Below, in pieces: positions 19,128 through 29,468 of a stretch of DNA of 64,000 nt. The stretch is from positions 1 to 64,000 of IMG/VR virus record IMGVR_UViG_3300037116_000074; one strand, given 5' to 3'. The position numbers and the translations under genes are program-made. The first letter of the stretch is position 1. Every line of letters starts with the position of its first letter. Origin of the DNA: a virus. The notes under the pieces are model-generated. The model saw only the letters and a program-made list of their open reading frames with translations. It had not been told where the DNA came from and searched no databases.

Positions 19128-21185
19128 ATGAAATACTTATGGACACTATTAATAACTCTGAGTTTGTGTATATCAACAGTATACGCACAGTCGGGGTTAT
19201 TCATAGCTCCTAGTAGCTCAGTCATAACTTCACCCGTTACGGGGCAATCCTGGCTATTTAATAGTACGAATAATACTGTAAGTGTCTGGACCGGTGCATC
19301 CTATCTAACAAAGAGTGCTCCATTTAGTAATTTAGTTGCTACTACTAATCCAACATCTGCTAACGACAACACACAGAATTATGTAGTTGGTAGTTTCTGG
19401 ATTAATCAAACAACACAAACTTTATATATGGCTACAGCGGTTGGTACTAGTGCAGCTGTTTGGGTTGGTATGAATGTAGTTACATCATCTATCCCTCTAG
19501 CGAACATCCAGCAAGGTGGTGCTACAAATGGTCAATCTCTTATATGGAATAATGGCGGTGGGGTTTGGGGTCCGGCTAATCCGGTTATTGCTCTGGCTCA
19601 GTTATCGCAATCTGCTGCAACGTCTGGGCAAGTGCCTGCATGGAATGGTTCCGCGTGGGTAGCTAGTGATGCTGGAGCTGGTACGGTCACTTCGGTGTCG
19701 ACTGGTAATTTAAGTCCTTTATTTACAGCAGCAATAGCTAGTCCAACTTCTACACCGGCTTTAAGTTTTAGTTTAAGTACCTGTGCATCGAAAAGTATTC
19801 TGTCTAATATAACATCCGGTTCGGCTGCACCTGCATATAACGTATTAACGCTCACGGCTGGCACAGGTTTAACTGGCGGTGGGAACCTTGCAGATAGTCC
19901 AACAATTACTTTATCTACTCCTATATCAATTGCTCATGGAGGAACTGGAGCTGCTAGTGCTAGTGCAAATACATGGTTTGGTAATAATACTGGTTCCCCA
20001 GCTACGCCTGGGTTTGAAAGTCTAACAGCGGCAGATTTACCAACAACTACCGTTAACTCAGTTACGAATAGTTCTACATTAGTTACTGGTGCTATTAGTG
20101 GTCAAGCACTTACGCTATCAGATGCCCACGCTGCAATTCCTATTACAAGTGGTGGGACAGGTGCAATCACACGACCTTTAGCAATCCTGAGTCTTATAGC
20201 TGGATCTCCAACTACAGGACAGGCATTAGAATTTGATGGCACGAATTGGGTGCCTGCCACTGTTTCAGGAACCGGTACGGTTACAAGCTTTAGTTCGGGT
20301 AATGCATCACCCTTATTTAGTACATCAGTAGCAACAGCCACTACAACACCAGCACAAACATTTACTGTTAGTAATGCTGCGGCGCATACTATCTTATCGA
20401 ATGCGACTAGTGGTTCAGCAGCACCTGCCTACAATGTATTAAGTGTTATTGCTGGTACTGGTTTAAGTGGGGGTGGTACGTTAGATACTAATCCTACTAT
20501 TAATTTAACCGTCCCTGTTAGTAACAGTAATTTAGGTACAACGGTAGTTACCAGCGCTGGAAATTTAAGTCCGGTTTTTACTACTACAATCACAGCACAA
20601 ACATTAGGGTTTGCTTTAACTGCTGTAGCACCGCATGCATATTTAGGAAATCAAACCGGTAGTTCAGCAGCGCCGGCATATCAAGTAATCGATGCGGCTG
20701 ACTTACCTACAACAACAGTAAATACAACGGGTAATTTAAGTCCGTTGTTTACATCTAGTATTAGTGGACAAGCCTTAAGTTTTAGTCTTACCAATGCAGC
20801 GGGACATAGTATTTTATCTAATACATCAAGTAGTCCTGGAGCACCAGCCTATAATGTATTAAGTGTTACTGCTGGCACTGGTTTAACTGGTGGTGGTACA
20901 TTAGATACTAGTCCAACATTAAATTTAGATACACCAGTATCAGTAGCTCATGGTGGTACGGGTACTGCATTATTCACTTCGGGCCAAGCAACATTTCTAA
21001 CAGCAGGTAGCGTTGCCGTAGCAGATGCTAGTATAACCTCTAGTAGTATAGTAGTAGTATCAGTAGCAGGTAGCACAGCCCTAGCGGAAGAATTATCAGT
21101 AGCAGTATCCGCAGGTGTTGGATTTACAATTTATTCGACGAATGTAGTTTCAACAGCTGTAGTTAATTATATAAGGGTGAAATAA
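19128..21185 (+). CDS. Long fibre-like protein with signal peptide and internal repeats
   Basis: MKYLWTLLITLSLCISTVYA|QS; repeated GNLSPLF, SAAPAYNVL, AGTGLTGGG and HGGTG motifs. Confidence 0.75.
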   Translation: MKYLWTLLITLSLCISTVYAQSGLFIAPSSSVITSPVTGQSWLFNSTNNTVSVWTGASYLTKSAPFSNLVATTNPTSANDNTQNYVVGSFWINQTTQTLYMATAVGTSAAVWVGMNVVTSSIPLANIQQGGATNGQSLIWNNGGGVWGPANPVIALAQLSQSAATSGQVPAWNGSAWVASDAGAGTVTSVSTGNLSPLFTAAIASPTSTPALSFSLSTCASKSILSNITSGSAAPAYNVLTLTAGTGLTGGGNLADSPTITLSTPISIAHGGTGAASASANTWFGNNTGSPATPGFESLTAADLPTTTVNSVTNSSTLVTGAISGQALTLSDAHAAIPITSGGTGAITRPLAILSLIAGSPTTGQALEFDGTNWVPATVSGTGTVTSFSSGNASPLFSTSVATATTTPAQTFTVSNAAAHTILSNATSGSAAPAYNVLSVIAGTGLSGGGTLDTNPTINLTVPVSNSNLGTTVVTSAGNLSPVFTTTITAQTLGFALTAVAPHAYLGNQTGSSAAPAYQVIDAADLPTTTVNTTGNLSPLFTSSISGQALSFSLTNAAGHSILSNTSSSPGAPAYNVLSVTAGTGLTGGGTLDTSPTLNLDTPVSVAHGGTGTALFTSGQATFLTAGSVAVADASITSSSIVVVSVAGSTALAEELSVAVSAGVGFTIYSTNVVSTAVVNYIRVK

Positions 21186-21186
21186 T

Positions 21187-22911
21187 ATGCGTCAGTTAAT
21201 TCTTTCTAGTTTATGTTTCTTCCTGTTAATACAACCAGGCTATACGCAAGTTGGCTTATTTGTTCGACCTGATAGCAGTTCACTATCTGCTCCGGTTTCT
21301 GGACAAACTTGGTTATTCAACAGTACCAATAAGACTATGCAGGTCTATAACGGAAGTATATTTCAGGTAGCATCAGCGCCGCTTAATAACTTCGTTGCTT
21401 CAGTAGCACCTACTTCTAGTAATGACAATACACAGGGATATACTCCTGGCTCAGCTTGGTACAACACAGTAACGGGTTTTACTTATCAATTAGTGAATGC
21501 CGCTACTAGTGCCGCTGTTTGGGTTCAAACAAATAATTTAGGTGCTTTATCCATACCTCTAACTTCACTACAGGCTGGTGGCGCTAGCGTTGGTCAATCA
21601 TTATTATTTAATGGAACGCATTGGGCCCCTGGTAGTCCGGCTATTAATTTAAATCAACTAGTTAACTCAGGTGCCCTTGTCAGTCAAGTCCCCGTATGGA
21701 ATGGCACTAACTGGGTGCCTCAAACATTATCCGGAGGCGGCGGTGGTGGTGGATTACCTGTTGGTGGATCTGATAATAAGATATTAAGTTATGCCAGTAG
21801 CACTGCTGGTTGGTTTAATGGGTTGAGTACAGTCAGTTCTTTAACGGTAAATACAGGCGCAACATTAACAGTTAATTCGCCAAGTGTAATCGTTGTAGCA
21901 CCATCTGGTAGTGACCAAGTTCTATATTTACCAGTGGCATCGACCTGTTTGGGACAGATGTTCACCATAGTTCAAAGTTATACTTTTAGTTTATATGAAA
22001 CTACTATTGAAACACAGGGTAGTGATCATATTGAACTCTTTAATGGGTTATCGGGTACTCCGTTTGGAGGACAGTTAGTCATTGGTGGCAATGGTCATGG
22101 TATACCATATTCTGCACCAGTTACTGTTATTAGTGATGGTATTAACTGCTGGCATCAATTAGCACCTTCTCAACAACCATATGCACCGGCTCCATTGGCG
22201 CTGAATGTAGTTGCTCAATCTAGCGACTTCAATGCTCATACGCAGGAAGTAGATCTAGTAACACTAACATCAGCCAACGTAACTGCAACTTTGCCTGATG
22301 CAACTTTATATCCAGGACAACAATTAGTTGTTATTTTAAATCAGGGTAGTTCAAGTTCATATTCATTACTTTTCGCTACGACTGCCGGCCAGCTTATTAA
22401 TGCTAGTAACTTCTGGTATAACCAAGGGTTTAGCGGTGGAACGCAAGCAATTGTGTTTACTTTTATTAGCAATGGAACTAATTGGAATGCTTCTTTTAGT
22501 GGCGATATGTTAGCTGGATTATTTAACGGTCCTAATAACGGATACCAAACTGGACAAATAGCAATGTCTACTAACGGAAATACTATTCAACTGCAATCAA
22601 TTTTATCCGCACATTCTGTCAGTAGCGATACTCTTGCCTATAGTATGAATTCTTATTTTGTAGATACTAGCGGCGGTGACGTTGTTATAACCTTAGCGGA
22701 CGCAGTTGCGGAATCGGGACAGGAGATATCCGTAACCTATGCAGTAGCTGGCAACAATGTTAAATTCGCTTCAACCAGTTCGCAAACTATTAATGGTGGA
22801 GCAGCTACATTCTTCACGTATTTAACTGTCGTTGGATCAAGTGTGAGATTTGTTTCGGATGGTTCTAATTGGTGGTGTGTTGCCAATACATTCGGCGGTG
22901 TTGGACCATAA
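21187..22911 (+). CDS. Fibre-like protein with signal peptide; N-terminus paralogous to 19128
   Basis: MRQLILSSLCFFLLIQPGYT|QV; about 170 aa shared with 19128; three SDG.NW-type modules. Confidence 0.75.
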   Translation: MRQLILSSLCFFLLIQPGYTQVGLFVRPDSSSLSAPVSGQTWLFNSTNKTMQVYNGSIFQVASAPLNNFVASVAPTSSNDNTQGYTPGSAWYNTVTGFTYQLVNAATSAAVWVQTNNLGALSIPLTSLQAGGASVGQSLLFNGTHWAPGSPAINLNQLVNSGALVSQVPVWNGTNWVPQTLSGGGGGGGLPVGGSDNKILSYASSTAGWFNGLSTVSSLTVNTGATLTVNSPSVIVVAPSGSDQVLYLPVASTCLGQMFTIVQSYTFSLYETTIETQGSDHIELFNGLSGTPFGGQLVIGGNGHGIPYSAPVTVISDGINCWHQLAPSQQPYAPAPLALNVVAQSSDFNAHTQEVDLVTLTSANVTATLPDATLYPGQQLVVILNQGSSSSYSLLFATTAGQLINASNFWYNQGFSGGTQAIVFTFISNGTNWNASFSGDMLAGLFNGPNNGYQTGQIAMSTNGNTIQLQSILSAHSVSSDTLAYSMNSYFVDTSGGDVVITLADAVAESGQEISVTYAVAGNNVKFASTSSQTINGGAATFFTYLTVVGSSVRFVSDGSNWWCVANTFGGVGP

Positions 22912-22914
22912 TCT

Positions 22915-23061
22915 ATGACATTACTTCAATGGTTAGTAATTGGATTTTTAGTCTTTGTTATTAGTGTGACGTTTACATTAGGATTTTTAAATCTTAGTCA
23001 TCCTATATATCAAGAATCCGAAGATCCATACATACATAAACAATCATATCTGTTAATTTAA
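22915..23061 (+). CDS. Small single-TM protein
   Basis: MTLLQWLVIGFLVFVISVTFTLGFL..., 3 nt after the fibre gene. Confidence 0.4.
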   Translation: MTLLQWLVIGFLVFVISVTFTLGFLNLSHPIYQESEDPYIHKQSYLLI

Positions 23062-24155
23062 CTAACACCCTGTGTAATTTGATTGCACGTTAGGTGAGTC
23101 ATAAAGCCATCGCCTTCAGATGAACCATAATCAGGCATACTAAAGCTCTGCATTATCCCTACGATAAATAATTGCCTGTTATCTAATCCTAATAAATCGT
23201 TTGATTCGGCTTCGAATATTTTTACTTGGTCATTAATATTTAAACTAGAATCACCTTCAACGACCATTTTAACAACTAGATTTTTACGTTGAATTTCATC
23301 AGCTACTGCATTCCATAATTGTTCTGCATTCTGGGCATTAATATCTGGACGGTTCATGCTAATAAACTTACCTGTACCATCACCTACTGCATGTTCATAA
23401 ATGATCGTTGCCTTACCGTCTCTATCGTATCCATGTAGTCGTAAAGTGAAATTATTACATCGTCTAGATTGCTGCATGATAGATAATGTTAAAATTGGAA
23501 TTTGTGTGATATCGGCAGAGGATGGAGTCGGACGCCAATAATATTTATGTGAACTTGCACCCAGGCCTGGGGCGGCAAAATGTAATACTTTATGTTGATC
23601 TACGTAGGCAACATAACCTGCTTCGTCGGCTAATTGTGTGATAATCTTCCAGAGCGGCCTAGGTGACGTGCTCAGCGCCCAGTCTTCACCCTGGAATGTA
23701 GACGCCTTGATACCGGCCATGACAGAACTCACTTGAATATTGGCTTGTAAGCCATTGTCATCTGCAATGCTTTGCACTACCTGACTAACAGTTTGATTCA
23801 GATATTTATCCAAAGTTTCAGTCTTATCACGTAACACTGCACTATAATCCCGACCATTGATTTCAATTTCATCCGTTTCCCAGATGCCTTCAATCGTGTC
23901 AACAATACCATCAAAAATAATCTGCGAACTACCTTGAGTGCTATCAAGAAGAATAATTTGACATTCCATCGGATCAGTTTTTTGCTGATCGGCAAATATA
24001 TCATAATTGATTGATTTTAGTTGCTGAATAGAAGTCGTAACTTCAAATGTGCATAAATTACCATAGGAGGTGAGATGGCATTGCCAATGAAGAACTGGTA
24101 TTGTGTGTCCATTTAGAATCACTTGCGTTGTTAACTGTCGTACATTGTTGCTCAT
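23058..24155 (-). CDS. Baseplate hub protein (gpD/Mu gp44-like)
   Basis: IFDGIVD, INGRD, WKIITQLADEAG...LHF, VEGDSSL; position in the tail operon. Confidence 0.8.
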   Translation of the reverse strand: MSNNVRQLTTQVILNGHTIPVLHWQCHLTSYGNLCTFEVTTSIQQLKSINYDIFADQQKTDPMECQIILLDSTQGSSQIIFDGIVDTIEGIWETDEIEINGRDYSAVLRDKTETLDKYLNQTVSQVVQSIADDNGLQANIQVSSVMAGIKASTFQGEDWALSTSPRPLWKIITQLADEAGYVAYVDQHKVLHFAAPGLGASSHKYYWRPTPSSADITQIPILTLSIMQQSRRCNNFTLRLHGYDRDGKATIIYEHAVGDGTGKFISMNRPDINAQNAEQLWNAVADEIQRKNLVVKMVVEGDSSLNINDQVKIFEAESNDLLGLDNRQLFIVGIMQSFSMPDYGSSEGDGFMTHLTCNQITQGVS

Positions 24156-24298
24156 GGCCGATTCCGATATACTTGTTTCACTTCATACCAACCATCAAAT
24201 GGAGCAGCAATTATAGTCCTGACTACATAATCAGGATAGTCAACGACCATTAATCGAAGAAATAAAAATAGTCCAAACATAGTGCAATAATGTTTCAT
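24152..24298 (-). CDS. Small hypothetical protein
   Basis: 48 aa, ATGA overlaps with both neighbours. Confidence 0.5.
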   Translation of the reverse strand: MKHYCTMFGLFLFLRLMVVDYPDYVVRTIIAAPFDGWYEVKQVYRNRP

Positions 24299-25245
24299 GA
24301 TGTTGGTATTAGCGAAGTTTGAATACTGGTGGGTGGAATAGTTAAGGTAAACAATCCAATAGGAAGCACATCTTGTAAATTATTTTGTTGTGCTATTAAG
24401 GGCCATAACGTACTATCACCATAATATTGTGAAGCTAATTGCATGAGGTTCGGATTCGATACAACAATCGTAGCTATCGGAATAACTTGATTAACCATTA
24501 ATGTTTGGCTTAAAGTAAATAAGCTGGCTGATAGTGTAGCAGCAGCTGTTGCTTGGCCATAATCAGAACCATTAATAACAGGTTGTAATGTTATTTGTAC
24601 TGCTGTGATTTGTGCCTGTAGAGCAGTTTGCTGAGCATTCGTAATACTGGAAACATTACCATTAGCGGATATAACAGCTGCTGTAGCACTCTGAGCTACA
24701 AATGTTGCAGAGGCAATAATAATAGGAGGTAATAATAAGCCTGTTGTTGAAGTGACAGCAGCAGTCACACCAGTCTGTGCATTAAATACAGCAGCAGATG
24801 GAGAGGTAGTAGATGGTGGTTGATTGGATGTTGTTGTATAGTCAAATGTAGGAACTACTTTAATACGATACTGTAATTCCTGAGCCATCTTACCAGTGAT
24901 TTCGAATTCGTGAACTATGACATCATACTGGAAAGGACCCCATATAAGGCGCTGAACTGTACCGGTGACACGCATTGTATTAAGTAAGCTAGCGCGTTGA
25001 ATCGGTACGCTAGTGCCAGATTGAGTATCGCCCTGGAAAAATACTCCATGCCATTCAACACCATCGGCCGGAAACGAACCTAACTCCTGAACAGTTCTAG
25101 TGCCACCAGAAAAATCATGGACTGCTAATTTTTGAACGCCAAAGAGATTAGGTAAATCTTCTGGTACTTCAAATTGATAGAATGTAAAACTACCTAATTG
25201 AAGTGGTTGATAATTTGCGCCTAAACCTTGCAATATACTAGCCAT
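24295..25245 (-). CDS. Tail tube initiator-like protein with C-terminal LysM-like domain
   Basis: GVQKLAVHDFSGG (gpU-like) and NLMQLASQYYGDSTLWPLIAQQNNL (LysM/gpX-like). Confidence 0.75.
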   Translation of the reverse strand: MASILQGLGANYQPLQLGSFTFYQFEVPEDLPNLFGVQKLAVHDFSGGTRTVQELGSFPADGVEWHGVFFQGDTQSGTSVPIQRASLLNTMRVTGTVQRLIWGPFQYDVIVHEFEITGKMAQELQYRIKVVPTFDYTTTSNQPPSTTSPSAAVFNAQTGVTAAVTSTTGLLLPPIIIASATFVAQSATAAVISANGNVSSITNAQQTALQAQITAVQITLQPVINGSDYGQATAAATLSASLFTLSQTLMVNQVIPIATIVVSNPNLMQLASQYYGDSTLWPLIAQQNNLQDVLPIGLFTLTIPPTSIQTSLIPTS

Positions 25246-25663
25246 GATAAACTCCCAGCTTATTCAATAGTTGTTTTACTAATGGATACATAGCATTCAC
25301 AGTCATCGCATACAGTTCTCTATACTTAGGACGCTGACAATTAGCAGCATTATGACCGGGATCTAGTCCAGGGGTATAATATTTCGCTATGTACTTTAAA
25401 GCAGTTTGTGTATTGATAAGGGGGTCGAAGGCCTCATCAGGCGTTAGCTTACCTAGTTCACCATGTACATTTAATTGAAATAAACCAAATGATTGATAGT
25501 TATCGCCAACAACATACGGATTGAGTCCAGATTCTAAAGTGGCAATGCTAACAATAAAGATAGGGTCCAAGTGCGCTGCTACAGATTCACTTATGAGCAT
25601 CTGAATAATAGCTTTATGCTCTGGAGAAATAGAATTTTGCAATAATGTATCGATGAGTGGCAT
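25238..25663 (-). CDS. Lytic transglycosylase (SLT family)
   Basis: IATLESGLNP...SFGLFQLN...FDPLIN. Confidence 0.85.
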   Translation of the reverse strand: MPLIDTLLQNSISPEHKAIIQMLISESVAAHLDPIFIVSIATLESGLNPYVVGDNYQSFGLFQLNVHGELGKLTPDEAFDPLINTQTALKYIAKYYTPGLDPGHNAANCQRPKYRELYAMTVNAMYPLVKQLLNKLGVYHG

Positions 25664-27798
25664 TAATGACTTACTCCGTGGCTATAGATTTTCGGTGAAT
25701 AACTACCGCCGGGATTGCTAGCTGCATGATTCATCTTTTGGGCGGATTTGAGTTGCTTGCGTTCTACATGATGGCTAACGTGCTCTCCGATTTTCTTACC
25801 ATCCAGGTGGATATCGTTATGAATTGTAATCGGTTGTGGTGGTGGTGGATTAAGATTTAAGCGTCCAGATGATTTAAAAGATTTAGCTAAATTTGCATCA
25901 ACTAAAGATTCAACATGTGGTGGTGCGATCATATATTGACCTTGACCATGTGTTGCAGGTAAACCAGCTCCAAGTAAGGGTAGAAATGAAGATTTCATGC
26001 CGGGCGGGGGCGGTGGTACGTTTAATTTTCGATAATCAGCAGCCCAGTCTTTGCTACCAGATTTTGTATGTGTCGTTAAACGACCACCCTGACCAGCAAA
26101 ATGTTGGCCAACCTGACCGGCTTCAAATAAACGATCTCCCAGTGCATTACCAATCTGAGTACCAGGACGCATCAGGGCTTTTTCAGGACTGGCGTTTCCG
26201 GTAAGCCATGTGGCAATCGGTCCTACATTATCATTTAAAATTTTAATCAATGCACTTAATGTATCGATACCACTATTCAAAGCTGCAACAACTTGTTTAT
26301 TATCTCCCAGTGCATTACCAAACGCTTCAAACGCTGCCATCATCTTAGCCCAGCGATCTTCAACAGAAGTACTGGTAGCTAAAACCTGATCTAGATTTTT
26401 AGCACCCTTAACTCCAAGCTGTTGTTGTTTGACGGTCTTCTCATATCGTCCAGTCATGATTTCAATCACTTCACCAATGGCTTTTTGTGTAGCACCATAG
26501 AAGAATGTTCCAACCATGCGCTTCTGTTCGACATCTTTTTGTTTTTCGAATTCGCCAGGTTTAAGATGAAAATAACGCTCCATACCAGCTTTCACTGGTC
26601 CTTGTAAGAATCCAATACGATCAGATGCTGCCTGCTCATACCACGGTGGTGGTTTTTGAGCTAAATAATTATGATAAACATCTTTATTATAAGTATCACT
26701 ACCTGCGCCAGTTAGAGTACCACCATTATGCAACACATGCTTACCTGATGGCATATCTATATATGTAGAACGTCCACCGCGGCCTTTATGATGCTGAGCA
26801 AATTCTTCGATACCAGGAAACATACCTGCTTCTTTCCAGATACCAATCATCTGCTTAGACATAATACCTTGTGAGAATATTCTATCCAAGGCCAAGGCAG
26901 ACGAACCAACACCGCCCATTCCACCACCGCCGCCGCCTGCTGTTAATTGTTCACTGATACCGTGAAATAATTCTCCAAATAATGAGAATTTATTAGCTCC
27001 CAACTTAGCACCGCGTGATTGTTGTAATTGCCTAGAGAATTGTGATAATGGAACTTGTCCTCCATAATACCCTTCGTATTGAGCCAACAAATTAGCAGTC
27101 TCTGATTTTTGTTTAATAGTACGGTCGCCCATCTTTTCCCAGATTTGATTCATAAGCATGCCAGTAGCACCCTCTTTTGAATCTTCAACATTAAGCTTAC
27201 GCATACCTAAATCAATTCGATTCATTAATTCCATTGAATCAATTACACCCCTGGTGTCAGGTGAAATCGCTGCACCCTTAATTGCATAATCGACATTCTG
27301 TGCTGCATTCATGGTATATTTCCCGGACGAAGCTAATGACAACGCTTTACGCCTAATCTCAGCCTGTTCATCACCTGAATAGCGACTTAGTTTTAATCGT
27401 TGTGCATTCTTTTCAAAATCAACGGCATTACCACCTACAGCGCCTACGCCTTGGATAAGCTTATAAATTCCTAATAGGGGAGCAACTGTACGCATTAAGC
27501 CGCCCAGGGAAGCGCCTAACATTCCGACTTGTCTAGTAGCGCCTGTAGCGGCTGTACCAACGTTTCTAACGCCAGTATGTATATTCTGCAAGCCACGTTC
27601 TTTCCGGGTCACAGAATCGATGCTTTGACCCATAGCATGGAACTGCTGATTAACTTTCTTCTGCTGAGACTCCATCATAGATAAGGTTTTGTTCATCTTA
27701 GAGAACATACCATCCATTTTTTGGAGCATAGGCAAGATCACCTTTAACTGCTGTTCCAGGTTACTCTTTAATTGAAGCTCTATGCCTACTTTATCCAT
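25663..27798 (-). CDS. Tape measure protein
   Basis: 711 aa helical protein downstream of the frameshifted chaperone; C-terminal IHLDGKKIG motif. Confidence 0.8.
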   Translation of the reverse strand: MDKVGIELQLKSNLEQQLKVILPMLQKMDGMFSKMNKTLSMMESQQKKVNQQFHAMGQSIDSVTRKERGLQNIHTGVRNVGTAATGATRQVGMLGASLGGLMRTVAPLLGIYKLIQGVGAVGGNAVDFEKNAQRLKLSRYSGDEQAEIRRKALSLASSGKYTMNAAQNVDYAIKGAAISPDTRGVIDSMELMNRIDLGMRKLNVEDSKEGATGMLMNQIWEKMGDRTIKQKSETANLLAQYEGYYGGQVPLSQFSRQLQQSRGAKLGANKFSLFGELFHGISEQLTAGGGGGGMGGVGSSALALDRIFSQGIMSKQMIGIWKEAGMFPGIEEFAQHHKGRGGRSTYIDMPSGKHVLHNGGTLTGAGSDTYNKDVYHNYLAQKPPPWYEQAASDRIGFLQGPVKAGMERYFHLKPGEFEKQKDVEQKRMVGTFFYGATQKAIGEVIEIMTGRYEKTVKQQQLGVKGAKNLDQVLATSTSVEDRWAKMMAAFEAFGNALGDNKQVVAALNSGIDTLSALIKILNDNVGPIATWLTGNASPEKALMRPGTQIGNALGDRLFEAGQVGQHFAGQGGRLTTHTKSGSKDWAADYRKLNVPPPPPGMKSSFLPLLGAGLPATHGQGQYMIAPPHVESLVDANLAKSFKSSGRLNLNPPPPQPITIHNDIHLDGKKIGEHVSHHVERKQLKSAQKMNHAASNPGGSYSPKIYSHGVSH

Positions 27799-27812
27799 AT
27801 ATTAATTATAGG

Positions 27813-27989
27813 TTATTCATGGGTGATTTCACCCGTTTTCCAGTTGACATGCGCTCCCTTCTGTTGCTGGAAAATATAAACAAACGAAAGCCGCAAGAGT
27901 GGGTCTAGCTCTAGCGCATCATTTAATGAAAAACCATTCTGTATCAGAAACGCCACTTCATTCAGAAAGGCGCTATCTACTACTTTTTT
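27813..27989 (-). CDS. -1 frameshift extension of the tail assembly chaperone (gpGT-like)
   Basis: Slippery A AAA AAG at 27983-27989 just before TAG; the -1 frame reads VVDSAFLNEVAFLIQNGFS...NWKTGEITHE to TAA at 27813. Confidence 0.85.
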   Translation of the reverse strand, partial: KKVVDSAFLNEVAFLIQNGFSLNDALELDPLLRLSFVYIFQQQKGAHVNWKTGEITHE

Positions 27990-28399
27990 ATGATCTCAAG
28001 CTGGCTGGAGCTTAAGGGGGCGAAGTGATTAAAATAAACATCTAGAGCCAAGTCGCAGCCGTCTTCACCTAGTTGCTGCATGATAAGACCAACTTCAGCG
28101 GCGGAGCTTGGTAGGACCATAGGTTTGCCATCTATAGAGCGCACGAATAGGCACATCCGACTATTGAACTCATTACGGGCTGGATCGGATTTTTTGTCTG
28201 GATCGGTCATACTGGCGATGATACTAGGTAACAACATGGCACTTGGCACCGCTGGTTTACCCATGCGAATTACTCTCCCGTCTGGGAGTTTGAATTCTAC
28301 ATCTGGTCGAAGTTGTGAGGATTTCGGTGCTTCCTCTGGCTTGACTTCAGCTACCACTTCATCCTTTTTATCATTATCTTCATATTTAACTTCTGCCAT
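27980..28399 (-). CDS. Tail assembly chaperone (gpG-like)
   Basis: Lies between tube and TMP; ends in IKK on a slippery heptamer. Confidence 0.85.
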   Translation of the reverse strand: MAEVKYEDNDKKDEVVAEVKPEEAPKSSQLRPDVEFKLPDGRVIRMGKPAVPSAMLLPSIIASMTDPDKKSDPARNEFNSRMCLFVRSIDGKPMVLPSSAAEVGLIMQQLGEDGCDLALDVYFNHFAPLSSSQLEIIKK

Positions 28400-28479
28400 A
28401 GTAAACTCCTAATTTGTTATAACGAATTAAGTATAAGTAATTCTCATCCTTAATACATTACAAGCAATTCATATAAGTC

Positions 28480-28917
28480 TTATCTGAGCGATTTTAAATA
28501 AAAATTAGCTAATGTACCCTTATTAACCCATGAGCGTAAAACTATCTTCGCAGCCGGTTTGAACACTGGCCTGGGCGGCATTTTTGATGTCCCTCTCTCC
28601 GTGTACTGTGCGCTCTCAGCTTCACTAAAAATCTGTACCCTATTTCGGCCTACTAATCGATATTCAATACTTCGTTCAAAATCACCTTTCGCATACAATG
28701 GACTAGAAGCATCTCCACCCTTGCCCCATTTCTTGCGTTGCTTGGTTTCAACTGTACTACGTGCTAAATCTTTCCAGAATAGCTGATGCGTTCCAATCAT
28801 GCTCTGCACTTTCAACTGCACTTCAAAACCTAGCACAGTTAACGCAGCAGCATTCTGAACGGGTACTTGTTTAAGTTCGTACTGAATATCTGAGATTAAA
28901 TCAGATAGCTTTCGCAT
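28480..28917 (-). CDS. Tail completion / HK97 gp10-like protein
   Basis: WKDLARST, PLYAKGDFERSI, YTERGTSKMPPRPVF. Confidence 0.8.
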   Translation of the reverse strand: MRKLSDLISDIQYELKQVPVQNAAALTVLGFEVQLKVQSMIGTHQLFWKDLARSTVETKQRKKWGKGGDASSPLYAKGDFERSIEYRLVGRNRVQIFSEAESAQYTERGTSKMPPRPVFKPAAKIVLRSWVNKGTLANFYLKSLR

Positions 28918-29456
28918 TAGGGGTTGCCGTTAGAACCTGGAAGATTTCCTAAACTTGGAAGAGACGTAGGCATTTGACCGTTGATCAACATATTTTGACC
29001 TTCAAAGTGAATGCGTTGTTCAACACGGGCAATTTCTGCGAAACGTCCCATATCTACTTGAGATAGAACGCAATTTAAGAATGTATATGTATCGGTTGTT
29101 TGGGAAACGACATTATAGACAACAGCTTCAATATTGAAATAACTTTCATTACCCAGGTTATTGAATATACTCATAATAGATGCCATTAAGAGTGATGCAT
29201 TGCCATTGTAACGAACGAATTCTAAATCACCATTCCAACCTTGATAGATGTTACGTACTATACGGATACCACCATTATCAATTGGAGTTGCATTAACTTC
29301 TTGAATAACTGGATTAGCATTCATACCAACCAATCTACCTAAAGCATCAGATGTAAATCCACCACCAGCAGCCACACCAGCTAAGCCAACAGGAGTGAAT
29401 AGAACAAGACGTAAATCTTGACCGATTGTCATTCCAGTAATATTTGCAAAAGCCAT
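28917..29456 (-). CDS. Tail tube protein
   Basis: 179 aa directly after the sheath; GWNG.LEFVR, YTFLNCVL. Confidence 0.75.
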   Translation of the reverse strand: MAFANITGMTIGQDLRLVLFTPVGLAGVAAGGGFTSDALGRLVGMNANPVIQEVNATPIDNGGIRIVRNIYQGWNGDLEFVRYNGNASLLMASIMSIFNNLGNESYFNIEAVVYNVVSQTTDTYTFLNCVLSQVDMGRFAEIARVEQRIHFEGQNMLINGQMPTSLPSLGNLPGSNGNP

Positions 29457-29468
29457 TTTGATTTACTC

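Noticed and set aside
19128-22911. Repeats in fibre genes as a diversity-generating retroelement
   Set aside because: No reverse transcriptase in the window and no near-identical template/variable pair differing only at adenines was seen; the repeats are diverged in-frame protein repeats
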